Of a stretch of 64,000 nt of DNA, positions 25,025-38,623 are shown piece by piece. Source of the DNA: the human T2T-CHM13v2.0 reference genome, Homo sapiens. Each line of letters opens with the position of its first letter. The first letter of the stretch is position 1. The stretch spans positions 28,768,001-28,832,000 of the forward strand of contig CP068257.2 in the NCBI GenBank assembly GCA_009914755.4, given 5' to 3'. The position numbers were made by a program, and so were the translations under genes. The notes under the pieces were generated by a model, which saw only the letters and a list, made by a program, of their open reading frames with translations, ran no database searches and was not told where the DNA came from.

Positions 25025-25395
25025 TGTTTGGATTTGTGTCCCTGCCCAAATCTCAGGCCAAATTGTAATCCCCAGTGTTGGGGAAGGCCTGGTGGGAGAT
25101 GATTGGATCATGGGGGTGGATTTCCCCCTTGCTGTTCTCGTGCTAGTGAGTTAGCTCTCATGAGATCTGGTTGTTTAAAAATGTGTAGCACTTCCCCCTT
25201 CACTCTTTCTACTGCTTCCCTTGTAGGACTGCCTGCTTCTCCTTCATTTTCTGCCATGATTGTAAGTTCCCTGAAGCCTCCCCAGCCGTGCTTCGTGTAC
25301 AGCCTGCAGAACTGTGAGTCAATTAAACCTCTTCTCTTTATAAATTACCCAGTCACAGGTAGTAGTTTATAGCAGTGTGAGAATAGACTAATATA
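25025..25395 (+). mobile_element. Solo MaLR LTR (MST/MLT-like)
   Basis: …gtgtccctgcccaaatctcaggccaaattgtaatccccagtgttggggaaggcctggtgggagatgattggatcatggggg… through …ccatgattgtaagttccctgaagcctccccagcc…tgtgagtcaattaaacctcttctctttataaattacccagtcacaggtagtagtttatagcagtgtgagaatagactaatat. Confidence 0.7.
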
Positions 25396-26929
25396 AAAAG
25401 TAAACCAATTTTTTGAAGGATAGCAAAAAATTTAAACTGAACATTTTATCTTGAGTATGCCAATCAGGGTAAACAAAAAAAAAAATTATTTCAGTTGTTC
25501 AATGATTTAGAGAAACAATAAACAAACTTTTGAGTTTAGTTTTGGAGCTTATGTTCAGACTGTCTCCAGGTAATATCTGCTAAAACTCATTTTTTCAGCC
25601 ATCTCCACCTTAGTTAGACTAGATCTACACCATTCTCCTATTATTTCACGTGTGAGTTGATGTCTTTTATCAAGATTGGTAAATTCCCAACTGTACTCTC
25701 TTCAAATATTGTTTCTGCCCCATCCTGTCATCTTTCTTTTGCTTAGATTCCAATTATAAGCAAGGTACACTTTTTAACTACATTACATATGGCTTATACT
25801 CTTTTTTCTATTTTCAATCTTTATATAGAAGTATTGGCTTTTGCTTATTGAGGTTGTAACCTGGATGGTTAGTGAAAGCAAGATTTTCCAGCATGTTAGT
25901 GACAAGTTGCCTGGTTATTTTGAAAAGAGAAGCAGGTAGGTGCCAAACGTTGTAATTTTCAACTATGGATGAGATTCTGTTGAAAACATATCTCAAATAT
26001 CCAAAGCCATTATTCATAGCCCAGTGAAGAGAATCATCTGTCAAAAGATCAGAAGCCTTTTGATGTATATCCCTGAGCCATATATTTTATGTGAAAGATC
26101 TCAATTTTTAATTGTTGATAAATAATTCAGTCAAAAAAAGAAACAACAATGATGAGGCTCCATATTAAACAGAACAAATAATATGATCTCCAAGATGAAG
26201 TGAGTCCAAAGTTGTGGCATTTACAAGTTCTTCTTAAACTTCTATCAAATTAATGTGGACAAAGTTTTAGAGATTTAGAGGCAGAGAGAAGGGAAGAACA
26301 CCTCTTTTCACAATAACTGGTTCAGAGAAGGATTTTTGAATAAGGAGCCTGGATTAACTGAAGACAAATTCACTAAATCCCTTAGTTTTGCCTGAATAAA
26401 TTCATGCTCTCCATTTAACTCACAAGTTTTGTATTCAAGATTATTTTAAAGAGTTACATTTGAAACAAAAGAAAATGGGGAAGGAATAGTTTCCAAACCT
26501 ACTTACTAAGGTACAAGGTTAGGGGAAATCAACTGCCATTGAAAAATAGAAAGTAACTCACTGAATAGATATTTGAATTGGCCATATTTGCTTCTTTCTT
26601 CATTCTTCCTTCTGGAAGGCCTATATTAAGTTACTTTTCAATATTGCCATACATTTTAATTGAGAAAATTTAATCGAGAAAATGTCTAACATTATTGTTG
26701 TAAGTTTATTATATTTTATTATAAAATAAAATGTCATCAACCATGACAGTACACTTTCTTTGGTCCTGAATATAATTTAACTACTTGTATTTCAACATAG
26801 AATATTTTGTGAATGAACTTACAAAGTGGCTATCCTCAAAGAATACGACAAAGCTGTCCAATTTTTATTTTTCAACATGGAATCTATAATTCAGCAGAGG
26901 CAAACAAACACATGAACAAAACATAAAAT

Positions 26930-27060
26930 ATAACAAGTAAAAAAAAGAAAAAAGATAAAATCAAACTTAAGCACAGAAAAAAGAAAGAAAAATAGAGGGA
27001 AAGAAAGTCAGAGGAAGAGAGAGAGAAAATAAGAGAGAAACATTCATATACCATGCAGAG
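26930..27060 (+). repeat. Polypurine (A/G-rich) tract ~130 bp
   Basis: aaaaaaaagaaaaaagataaaatcaaacttaagcacagaaaaaagaaagaaaaatagagggaaagaaagtcagaggaagagagagagaaaataagagagaaa — almost exclusively purines on the plus strand. Confidence 0.8.
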
Positions 27061-27879
27061 GAAAAGAGGACTGGGGAACAAAGAAACTTCACATTTTCAC
27101 AGGAAAATGTAGGATGGTACCTGGTTCTACAAGTGGCAAAAAGACACTGAAAGCCAGTAATATGGAAAGCTAGAGCCATTCTAAGAAGGTAGAAGTCCTG
27201 TATAATTACAAAAGTAGATGATAAATATATCAAAGTTCATAAGATTTGCTAATTTTGAAAATTTTTGCTCATAAAGACATTGAGACAAGACACATGACAG
27301 CTGGAATGCAATAGGAAAAAAAATTCTGAAATTCCTGAGCTTTCTCTTTGTTTCTCTTTCACTTGTTTCCTCCCTTCAGCAGACAAGCATTCGGGCTCTT
27401 TGGCTGAAGAGACATGACCTCAAATTGATCTTCTCTGTGACTGTGTTTCAATCGAGCTTCTTTTTGTTATCTCGTCTTTAAATAAATGGCAAGGTTTCTT
27501 TCAATTTCTAGCCATTTCTTTCTATCTCTTTGCTTTGCCTGTTCTTGATCTTTCTTCACTGGATATGAGACAGACTTTATAACTGTAGTACTTAATGTAT
27601 TAATTTACTCTTACCGCCCTAAAAAATCACCACAAAGTAATTTTGGAGTATAGCAATCAATGGTGACAAGATGGATCATTTTCACAAAGGTTCTCATCCA
27701 GGTGGAAATTGCACCAGAAAGAAACTAACGTTATCTCATTCCCCACTCTTAAGAGGAAAACATCTACTAGCAAAGCCAGATGTGAATACACAGGAAAAGA
27801 GGCAGTTAGCATGTGCCAAAGAAATAGGAAGAGCTTTCCTTGTCATGATGAGCTAGACATTAATATAAAACAGTCATAG

Positions 27880-28080
27880 CATTTCTGACATAAGTACAGT
27901 TCATTGGCTTTGTGCTATAACACGAAAATTATAGCACCCATAAATACAATACATGGAAAACTATTCAAATGCAATTACAGACAAGATTACGCAGTTACAC
28001 ATATGTAAATGAGGGATCACAAATATGTAAAGGATGACCCTGTTGGGCACCACACCTATTGCTGAGAGGATATAAATGCC
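27880..28080 (+). promoter_or_regulatory. KRTAP13-4 promoter block: TATAAAT at 28071-28077, CACACCTATTGCTGAGAGG at 28051-28069, inverted CCAAT (cattggct) at ~27903-27910
   Basis: …gttgggcaccacacctattgctgagaggatataaatgccc…, 83 bp upstream of the ATG. ~230 bp of upstream sequence is ~90% identical to the region upstream of KRTAP13-3 (minus strand). Confidence 0.7.
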
Positions 28081-28153
28081 CTTGTCCAGGATGCGACATT
28101 AAAACTCAGAATCTTCTTAGGTACACTCAGCTGAACTCCCATCTCTCATCAGC

Positions 28154-28636
28154 ATGTCCTACAACTGCTGCTCTAGAAACTTCTCCTCCCGCTCCTTTGG
28201 GGGCTACCTGTACTACCCAGGCTCCTACCCCAGCAGCCTGGTCTACAGCACTGCCCTCTGCTCTCCCAGCACCTGCCAGCTGCGTTCCTCTCTCTACAGG
28301 GACTGTCAGAAGACCTGCTGGGAGCCCACCAGCTGCCAGAAATCCTGCTACCGCCCCAGGACCTCCATCCTCTGCTGTCCCTGTCAGACGACTTGCTCTG
28401 GATCTCTAGGCTTTCGGTCCAGCAGCTGTCGCTCCCAGGGCTATGGATCTAGGTGCTGCTACTCGCTGGGAAATGGATCCAGTGGCTTCAGATTCCTGAA
28501 ATATGGAGGCTGTGGTTTTCCTTCCCTGAGTTACGGATCCAGATTCTGCTACCCAAACTACTTGGCTTCTGGAGCCTGGCAGTCTTCTTGTTACAGACCA
28601 ATCTGTGGATCTCGCTTCTATCAATTCACCTGCTAA
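28154..28636 (+). CDS. KRTAP13-4: Keratin-associated protein 13-4 (high-sulfur KAP), single exon, 160 aa
   Basis: [90 protein letters not shown]…CYRPICGSRFYQFTC is KAP13 family. The 160-aa length and position ~4.9 kb from 13-3 in head-to-head orientation match my memory of the 21q22.11 map. Confidence 0.8.
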   Translation: MSYNCCSRNFSSRSFGGYLYYPGSYPSSLVYSTALCSPSTCQLRSSLYRDCQKTCWEPTSCQKSCYRPRTSILCCPCQTTCSGSLGFRSSSCRSQGYGSRCCYSLGNGSSGFRFLKYGGCGFPSLSYGSRFCYPNYLASGAWQSSCYRPICGSRFYQFTC

Positions 28637-28876
28637 ATTTCTAGATCCTTTTGAGTATTGGGATCAAAGTCTCTACTGAATGCAGCCATTATTTTCATTC
28701 TTGCCAGATCCCAATATCCTTTTATTCTTCCACCACCAGCTTCTTGCATGACCAACTTCTGGCAGACTGTGAAATTAATGAGTAACCTAATATTAACTTC
28801 TAATATCTTTACCATTGATCGAATATATGCTATCTGATTTTCATCCAAAAACTGTTGAAAATGGAAATTTTAATCT

Positions 28877-28882
28877 AATAAA
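28877..28882 (+). other. Polyadenylation signal AATAAA for KRTAP13-4
   Basis: ttaatctaataaatgtatg ~240 nt after the stop codon. Confidence 0.55.
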
Positions 28883-31800
28883 TGTATGTAATCTGGTACC
28901 CAAATATATTGTTCACATTGTTATTATTTTATTATTATTATTTTGCTTACATTTTTGCATTCAAGAATTTGGGAGATTTAAGTAAAAATCAATATGACTG
29001 TGTAACTGGATTTGGGGCCCATATAATCTGACAGATCTGAGAACATTTCTCTTGAAATTAGGTATGTTGTCTATTAAGAGTAATCATTTCTGGAAGAACA
29101 TAGTTTGCATCTGCAGACTTGTCTCAACAGCAGTGAGAATTGTCTAAGAATGAAGGACATGCATTTCTACTGATATAGGAAAGCAGAAAATTTGATGCAT
29201 AAACTAGAAATGCAGACAACAAGACTAGGAAGTAATTTATAAGGTAAACTGTATGCTTACACTAAAGGTTACTTAAAGTCTAGTATCTGAATGTGGATTT
29301 TCAACCAAGAGAAAAGTGAAGCTTAAGCACTGCTAGGACAGACGCTTTGCTCTTTGTTAGTAGACTTAAGTGCCAGGTTTCCTGCCTCCCACTGGTAAGG
29401 AGAGTCAGGATCATTCACCAATGATCTTAAGTGGGAATTATTGGGTCCAGGAGGCTTCGGTAACCTACCGATGCTTCTTCAAGGCTCAACCTTAATCAAG
29501 CTGACAGCAACACACCTGAGCCATGCTGAACAAGCATTTATATCCATTAGTCTTACTCTGGATCCTCCTCTTCTCCCCAGAACAAGGCTAATGTCAAAGA
29601 TTTGGGTGCAAACAGTTTATGTGGCACAAGATCCCAGGAAGCAAGTATGAGACACTATGGAAGATGAAAGAATCAAAGAGGAAAATCTAAAGAAAGGGTG
29701 CATTTTCGAGTTTATTTTATGGAGAGCAACTTGGCTAAATCTTGTAAGGACCTTTTAGGAGCATGTAGAATGACTCTTGGAATTGTCCCCCACAGGATCA
29801 GATCAACATGGAAAAACATTTATCCATCCGCTTCTTTCTCCCATTGGCTGAACAATATCCAAGATGTGTAATTTTCAGGAACCTTATAATTATGCAAGGA
29901 AAGAATCACAGTGGGCACCTTCTGTTTTCCTAGTTGTGACCTGGAAGAAACCCAGGTACAGTAAAAGTGGCGTTGCATATGACTGAGGGCAGATGTTGTC
30001 CACACAAAGGTGGTTGAAGCCAACATAAAATGGTTTGCATTGCTATGCTTGTGGTCATAGGTGAGTGTATACCACACAAGAAGGCAAAAGAGTTATCAGG
30101 TAACAGATTTTCACTTAATACTTAACATCCCTGTGAGAAAGACAAATACTGTATACTATAGACCTTTACAGGCATGGGGGAATGGAAACTCTAAAAGGAT
30201 TTAAAACTGGCCAAGGCTTACAGATCAAAGACCTGGTAGAATATGATCTCTTGAATGAATCTTGTTTTGTTACTCTTTTCTGGTTTTTCTTTTCTTTTTA
30301 TTAAAAAATACAACTCCTAGTTCAACCAAGGAACACTTAGTATTTCTAGTAGTACAGAAATACTGCAGAATTACTATTCATCTAAATGGAGATGATCCAC
30401 TATTGGATTTATTTGTGTAGCCTCATGAGTAGTATCAGTAATAAAGAATGAAAATACAAATAAATTTAGAGTTTAGGAGAAGAGCTCCAAAGAAGGTAAA
30501 CTAATTTATTTAAATAACATTTTAACGGTTATAACAAATAGTAGAGTAATAGAAAAATAATCAATGACATCTCAGAAAGAAAATGTTATGAATTCTGAGT
30601 TCTATGACATATCTTAACATTTTAATTATTATCATGAGTGTAACTTAGTTTTTTCAGATTTAGGATCCAAGATGATAGATATAAAGTGCTGCCTTCAATA
30701 ATACCAAGCATTATGAACAAGAATGGTGAAATTGCAGACTCTTGCAACATCTCACTAATAACGTAAATCAGATTCCCATTTTGGTGAGATTGGACTGAAG
30801 GGGGATGGAATCAATCAGAGTGAATTCATGGCAATGTTCTTGAGTAAACTAATAATATAGAATGCAGAAGCAGCATACAATGTGTAAAAAATATTGATAA
30901 ACATAAGGAAATTCCTTTCATTTACTTTTCTGTATAAAACAATACAAATTATTGCTTAAAATAAATGAAACAAGAGCTCAAAGATAATACAGTAGAAAAA
31001 CGTGAACATGGTGATTAACAAGGTAAGGAAAAGTATTGATTGCCAGTACAATTTAGAGTATATACAAAGTGTTTTAAAATTTTTCAAATTATATCTTCTA
31101 CTTTTATTGATAGAATATTGCAGCTTATTCGGATACAAAGTGAGTTATGTATTCACCACAATTAAAAATGTGCGTCTTCTCCACAGGACTCTTATTTTCT
31201 TTACCATGATGTCCTTACCAAAATTTGTACTTTTTATCATTATGGATACAACAGATAATCTCATCTTCAATGTTGAACTTTTAAAATAACTTTACATTAG
31301 CTTTATCAAACAGAACATTATGAACTTTTTATAGCTTTACTCTTTTTGGGGGGCTAGGTGAAGAAATCAAAACATTATTGGAATTAATTTATTTTCTGTT
31401 TGAAGCATTTGACAGTTCTAATATAAAACTGAATTCATTTAATCCCTAGTGATTTGTTTTTCCTGCTACTGGAGGGGCATGTCATTAACTATTGGTTCAA
31501 TTATTTTCTGTACATGCACAAGAATATGTATAATTTAACACGAGTGAAAATGACTTAAAACAGTTATTTGACCTAAATGAAAATGTCTGTATCAGGGTGA
31601 TGTATTGACACACTTTTTGCAACTGTTAATAGTAAATAATCATCTTAGGACTTGGTCTTCTTAAACATTTTTCTGTCTTTTGAAGTAGATACTGATGTAT
31701 CTTCAGTAAAACTATGTCTTTCACTTTTCATGTGGTCAATGATATCACCTACTCTCATGTTGAATAATAAATATCATCAAATTGTTGTACAAGTTCATGC

Positions 31801-32251
31801 AGTCACCATCAACCGGATTTAGTGGTAGAAATTCAGAACCCAACTTTTGTTTTTTTCATTAAAAAATGAGCTTTTATTTTTGGCTTATTTTCCTTTTCTT
31901 CTATCTACAAAATTTAAAGAAGAAAAGTGTTACCGGATAATAAAAAATAGTTGTAGATTTAAAAAATACAAGACATGGCCAAATCACTGTAGCAAGAGCA
32001 TTTAGATTATCCTTTATCTGTGGCTTTGTGGCAGTCAAAATTTCATGCCCATACTTCACGTGCACCTAGCCAGCAATTCTCAAATTTCCCACTAACTCCA
32101 CCTACTGTTGGCTTGAGAGTATTGCCGCGTCTTGCAGCTGTGGAATGGGCCATCGCACTACCGGCTAGGTCTGAACAACAAATGACCCACCCCCAAGACT
32201 TGAACGAGTAGGCTGACCTATCACTTGTATGTAAGTGTAATTTGTTTCTCA

Positions 32252-32470
<219 letters not shown>

Positions 32471-33444
32471 TCTATTTTGTTTAGAAATTTTAAGAACAAT
32501 TGTAAGCATTCTGTCTTCTTTCAGATTTAACGATTGAATGAAGTAAAAACTCTGCTCACTGTGCGTGCTACTTTTTCTTCACTAGATGAAACCATGACAA
32601 AAGTAAAGTAGAAATTTCCTAAACTAATCATTATTTATGTTAATATATTACTGATTATAAATAAATAAAAAGTTAAAAATCTGAGACAATCACCAAATGG
32701 TATTGGATACTGAAACAACAACAACAAAAAATAAACCACGCCATATTGTTACCCAGTAGGTAAGTATCTGGGTCTTCCATTTAATAATGTTGTACTTGAC
32801 TTAAATGATAAAACATTTGAGGCTTAACTGCTGATTCAAGGATTATCAGCTACCTGGATATTTAGCCTAATCCTGTAACAAGAGAATATTTGCACTGGTT
32901 TTGAATTTTATTTTTTCAAGAAAGGGCTGCCAACCAAACAACTTAAAAAATAAGAGTAAGTTGAGACTTCATCAAGTTTATAGAACTGATTATATAAAAC
33001 AGGTTGGTCCTACTTGCTAACGAATATTGAAATATGTTAGCACTTTCATTTGGAGAATTGATTTCTTACCTGGCACTAAGGCTAGGGGATCTGGATTCCT
33101 CAACAAATCTAACTCACTAAAATCTAACTTTTTACTGGATATCCTCACTCTGAATTCTCATATATTTCAGAAAACATTTTATAAAAGTATTCTTTCTACC
33201 AAAATTATGTGATACAATCAATTTAATAGTCATTGCAAATGTAATCATTTATATAAAAATATTGATGTTTCTAACTCCCTGCAGAAAAAGAAGACCACAG
33301 TGGTTAGTTTGTTTGTAGTCTTAAAAATGTGTCCTCTTCATTTTATCACGTGAAGATATTAATAGATGGAATCAATATGAAAGATGAAAAGTCTTCTAAA
33401 TTAAAAAAGAATATGGACAATTTTACTTTTTAAAATTAAAAATA

Positions 33445-33935
33445 AATTAAACTTTTATTTTAGGGTTAAAGGTACATGTGAAGATTTGTTACATAGGTGA
33501 ACTCGTGTCACGGGGATTTTGTTGTACAGATTATATCATCACCCAGGTATTAAGCCCAGTACCCAGTAGTTATCTTTTCTGTTTCTCTTCTTCTTCTCGC
33601 CCTCCTCCCTCAAGTAGATCCCAGTGTCTGTTGTTTCCTTCTGTGTGTTCATGTGTTCGCATCATTTAGCTCCCTCTTGTAATTTACAACATGCACTATT
33701 TGGTTTTCTGTTTCTATGTTAGTTTGCCAAGGAGAATAGCCTCTAGCTCCATCCATGTTCCCACAAAAGATACGATCTTGTTCTTTTTTTATGGCTACAT
33801 AGTATTTCATGGTATATATGTACCACATTTTCTTTATTCAATCTGTCATTGATGGCCATTTATCTTGATTCCACATCTTCGCTATTCTGAATCATGCTAC
33901 AATGAACATTCGTGCGCAAGTGTCTTTAGTAGAAA
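33445..33935 (-). mobile_element. LINE-1 3' end fragment (3'UTR + ORF2 end), minus orientation
   Basis: ggtacatgtgaagatttgttacataggt…tcatcacccaggtattaagcccagtacccagtagttatctttt…tggttttctgtttctatgttagtttgccaaggagaatagcctctagctccatccatgttcccacaaaagatacgatcttgttctttttttatggctacatagtatttcatggtatatatgtaccacattttctttattcaatctgtcattgatggccatttat… is the reverse complement of the L1 3' end. Confidence 0.85.
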
Positions 33936-34344
33936 ACACAGAAAAACCTAGCCAGATATTTAGTAGTTTTTAAGACAAAAAGTAAGCAAAGAATATTAAA
34001 GCAGATATGCACATGTAATGTTACCCAGTTTTATTTAAACTTACGTTCTTCACTTTGTAAAATTTAAAGCAACTACTCTAGGGGAAATAACTAGGAGATA
34101 CAGTAAGAGAAGTGTGCTTTGATATTGCATATCTATATAATTATAAATAAGCAGTTTTGACATCTTGCTCCAGTGAATATTTTCTAGTTACTGGAATTCA
34201 GATTATTCCTCATCTATCATGGGTAACAGTAGAAATCAAATTCGTAGGCAAATGATAGGATAGGAGAGCAATAGACGGTATGGATATATGGATATGGACA
34301 CAGTAGGTATTGTGTTTAAGTTTCTGGTTCCTCAAACATAATTA

Positions 34345-34851
34345 CTAAAAGTCATATTCACAGGCTGGATGGTAAGAAGCAGACTGGCAGCTACTAGAAG
34401 AATAGAAGGTTGGGTGGTAAAAGTTGGGTCTATAATTTAGGGATGTGAAAGCAATGGGACAATAACCCATGGATTGGAATACACTGGATACAAAGCCCAG
34501 GGATGGAGAGCCACAGCCAAAAGATTGAAAGCCCCTGGATCCAAAGCCCAGAGATCCAGAGTAAGTCATCTGGCAGGGCCTGCAGAGTATAGAGGTTCTG
34601 GGGCAATAGCAGGAGATCTGGCAGGTGCTGGACACTACACAGGATGTCTGGCACCTGCGGAGCTCCCAGCAGGTCTCCTGACAGCCCCTGTAGAGAGAAG
34701 AGCCCAGCTGGCAGGTGCTGGGAGAGCAGAGGTCAGTGCTGTAGACCAGTTTGCTGGGGTAGGAAGAGCCACAAGAGAAGCCTGGGTAGCGCAGTTATGC
34801 CCCACAGGGCGGGAGGAGAAGTTTCCAGAGTAGCAGTTGTAGGAGAGAGTT
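34345..34851 (-). pseudogene. KRTAP13-family pseudogene (start codon lost, internal frameshift/stop); possibly the annotated KRTAP13-6P
   Basis: Minus strand reads …gtcaactCTCtcctacaactgctactctggaaacttctcctcc…, homologous to ATGTCCTACAACTGCTGCTCTAGAAACTTCTCC of 13-3/13-4 but with ATG->CTC. An in-frame TAG falls after ~75 codons. Remaining ORF 34345-34635 (…[35 protein letters not shown]…) is KAP13-like. Confidence 0.8.
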
Positions 34852-34879
34852 GACTTACAATGACAAGGTTGTGACTTTG

Positions 34880-34960
34880 AATGTCACTTCTTGGACCTGG
34901 GGACTTATATGCCCTTAACATTGGGTGTGTCATCCACATGGCACATAAAATAGGTTACCT
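34880..34960 (-). promoter_or_regulatory. Retained promoter of the KRTAP13 pseudogene: TATA (minus-strand GGGCATATAAGTCCCC, plus ~34903-34915) and CACACCCAATGTTAAGGG block
   Basis: Minus strand …gatgacacacccaatgttaagggcatataagtccccaggtcc… aligns to CACACCTATTGCTGAGAGGATATAAATGCCC of KRTAP13-4. Confidence 0.6.
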
Positions 34961-37533
34961 GCCAACTTTAAATGAATTAAAAAGATAATCATAGTCAGAC
35001 ATATGTATTTATTGTGATTTTACAGCTAGGAAGTGCAGTAATGTTTGTGCCTTGGGATTCAGTTAATAGTGTTGACTCTTTAAAGCTATTACTCATCTTC
35101 CCTTACCAAAGGTCACTCTTCAGATAACTCAGAGAATCGCTTTAGAGGTAGACAGTGTCTGGGCTGAGGGAAGCTGCCTTAATTAAAAATAATTGATACC
35201 CATTTCACAATCTGTCTCAAAATTGTTGCCATCTGGTGCACAAAGTTGCCAGCTAACCAATCTATTCATAGTCATTTCTTTCAAACAAAAACATACATTC
35301 ACTGTCACCGCAAAGTAGCAAGCTAACTTAACGAAGAATGTCATCAGAAAGCAGCAATGGTGATATGCAAGATATAATGTCTTTTTAAAAATCAAACTTC
35401 AACTGGAACAGCTTTAATGAAATATTAACTGAGATTCCCTTATTTTCTGTGCTCCTGTTTAAAACTGTATGCAGACTATTAGGAGCCAATCTTAGCTTTT
35501 CTTTCCTTGGGTGTGTGTTTACTGTTGAGTGAATTAAAAATAATAAATTGCTTTATGTATTTTGGAATGGTCGAGATTATTCATCTAAGATGCTTAAAAA
35601 GCATTAAAAATAAAAACAGATCATGTGTCAAAGATGCCTAGTGTATTTCTACCTCTAATCAGAGTCAGTGTTTCCCACTAAAAGAATTCCCCAGAATCTG
35701 GAAAAGATTCCTGTTTTAAAGAAAGTTTATAAAGTAACTGCTTTGAGATGGTGAGACAAAGGCAGCATCTTAGGAAGATTCTTCCTTTGCCTCAAAAATA
35801 ACATACATGACTTTGACGTAAATTATTTTCAGGTGTTTCTGACAGGTATTACAACACTTCTAAAATAATGGTCATATTTTCTCTTGTTCTGTGACTTGTA
35901 TTTCACCTTGATGTAATGGTGTAATGAGACTGATATCTTGAGGAAGAGGAGAGATTGAGATTTATCTTGCTGTGGTTTCTGTGTTGTTTGATTTGCTCAT
36001 TTTTAGAAAAAAGTTTCCATTCCACTTCTGAACGAAAGTAGTTGAATGCAAAAAAATCCATACTTTGAGAAAAGAATGTGCGACATTACTTAATATCTGA
36101 TCCCTCAGAGTATTCTTCTACTGAAATTGCTTATATAGGAATGGATGACATTAAAACAAGAAAGCAACTTCAATTTAGGCGGGCTAAATATTTGTGTGGC
36201 TATTTTGATATTCAATATTTTATTGACAAACACAACAGGAAGATTTGGAATCTACTAGAATGCTTTTTGGCTATTAATAATTGAGAAGCCTAATAAATAA
36301 GAATTGTTTATTCCAGAAACACAGAACAAACTATGTTACCTAATAAATGAAACATGATTGGAGATCAATTTGTCTCCTCAAAAGTTTAGACTTATAAAGT
36401 CTACAATTTGGAAGGAAGTTGAGCAATTATCTCCAGCCTCCTGTCAGATTGGAATTCCACTTACAACATCCTAATTAGATTTTCCCAGGGCCCTCAGTAT
36501 GGAAATATCATTAATTGCAAGAGCAACTCATTTTAGATTTTTAGCTGAATCTTCCCCTAAAACTTTTACCTAGTAATCCTGATTCTTCATAGAAGGGAGT
36601 CTCAGTTCACTTCCATTGTAGAATACATCAGTTCTGAAGATGGATGTCTTAAGAGGTTTGCCCATTCCCACAGGTTAAGGCATTTCCTGCATCCGTGCCA
36701 TATATCTATTTACAGTTTGCTCTGATGAACTTTCTGAGCGAATCCAGAAAAATCCTCATTACTCTAGTACTCTAGGCAGAATATATATGTCAGCTGATAC
36801 ATCAGAGGTCACAAAGGCATTCACTCTCAATTACACATTATCATCATGTATCCTTCCCACCCCTTTATTTCAATTTATAAAGTCATTTGTTACTATGAAT
36901 TCTTTACATATTTTATCTTTCTGTGAATACTACATGGGATAGACATTTCCCTCATTTCTTGCTTTTCTTTTCCCTCTCTGGTAAAAATGTCACCCTCTGA
37001 GAGAAAAGAAAGGAAAAGATTAACGATTTACATTTTACTTATAGTGCTTATTATTTTCCTCTCAGTAACATCAACATGACCAAAAATTACTTATACCTTA
37101 TGGGGATAAACGGTTTTTTATAATCAAACTTATTGATGACTTCTATGAAGAAGCAAATCAACCTTTGAGTAAGGGATTTCTTTAGTAGTTTTACAATGTA
37201 AACTTCAAAGCACTTGTTCAAAAATTTCACCCTTCATTCTTAACTCTTCATGTGCACAAGAGTGACTTAGCTACTTGTGTTATAAGAAATCTAAACTTAA
37301 ATATGTTAGGCACTCATTTAGCATGTCTACCAAATAAGGATTGTTATTGGGTTATTTCTTCTAATGGTTCAAAGAATTGAAAGAAGGAATAGATATTGAA
37401 ATTTTTTTTCTGTTCTCAGTTGAATTTATAAAATTGGAGCAAGATCAAAGTCCCTTCCAGATTACAAGGTATTTTTCAGATCTTTACAAATACCAGAACT
37501 CTCAGTGTCTTAGCCGTTTGATCCAATTTCTAG

Positions 37534-37884
<351 letters not shown>

Positions 37885-38039
37885 CTTTGAAGCATCAGTC
37901 TTATAGGTACAATTATGGTGGTTTTCATTCTACCTAAGCAAGATGAATGAGAAATGGCATTTTTGTTTCATGAACAATTGCTTTGAAAAACTAATGAAAT
38001 TCTTTCATGTAGAAGTCTACGTTCATAAATAAAATTCTT

Positions 38040-38209
38040 TGAGTGTTAATATATTTCATTTTGACTGCAGCCTAATTAAGTGTTCTCATTAGAATGGGCA
38101 CTTGTGACTACACCTATTGCTAGAGTATGTCAGTGTCCAGTATAGAAGGTAACATTCACACACACACGCTCCTCACTGCAAATCACCTGAGCTCAGAACT
38201 CCTGTTAAC
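38040..38209 (+). promoter_or_regulatory. KRTAP15-1 upstream region: shared ACACCTATTGCT(A)GAG element and TATA-like GTATAGAAGG (~38139-38150)
   Basis: gtgactacacctattgctagagtatgtcagtgtccagtatagaaggtaac ~60-100 bp upstream of the ATG; motif shared with KRTAP13-3 and 13-4 promoters. Confidence 0.5.
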
Positions 38210-38623
38210 ATGTCTTACAACTGCAGCTCTGGAAACTTCTCCTCCTGCTGTTTTGGAAGTTACCTGAGGTATCCAGTTTCCACTTATAATTTGTTCTACC
38301 CCAGCAATGCCATCTATTCTCCAAATACCTGCCAAATGGGCTCCTCTCTCTACAATGGCTGTCAGGAGACCTACTGTGAGCCCACCAGCTGCCAGACATC
38401 CTGCACTTTGGCCAGATCCTATCAGACATCCTGTTACTGCCCAAAGAATTCCATCTTCTGCAGTCCCCGCCAGACTAACTACATAAGATCCCTTGGATGT
38501 GGAAACACTGGCCTTGGATCTCTTGGTTGTGGAAGCACTGGCTTCCAATCTCTGGACTGTGGGTCCAGCTTCTACCACCCAACTACCTTTTCATCCAGGA
38601 ATTTCCAGGCAACTTGTTACTAA
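38210..38623 (+). CDS. KRTAP15-1: Keratin-associated protein 15-1, single exon, 137 aa
   Basis: ORF MSYNCSSGNFSSCCFGSYLRYPVSTYNLFYPSNAIYSPNTCQMGSSLYNGCQETYCEPTSCQTSCTLARSYQTSCYCPKNSIFCSPRQTNYIRSLGCGNTGLGSLGCGSTGFQSLDCGSSFYHPTTFSSRNFQATCY; length and sequence match my recollection of KRTAP15-1. Sits ~10 kb downstream of KRTAP13-4 as on 21q22.11. Confidence 0.85.
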   Translation: MSYNCSSGNFSSCCFGSYLRYPVSTYNLFYPSNAIYSPNTCQMGSSLYNGCQETYCEPTSCQTSCTLARSYQTSCYCPKNSIFCSPRQTNYIRSLGCGNTGLGSLGCGSTGFQSLDCGSSFYHPTTFSSRNFQATCY

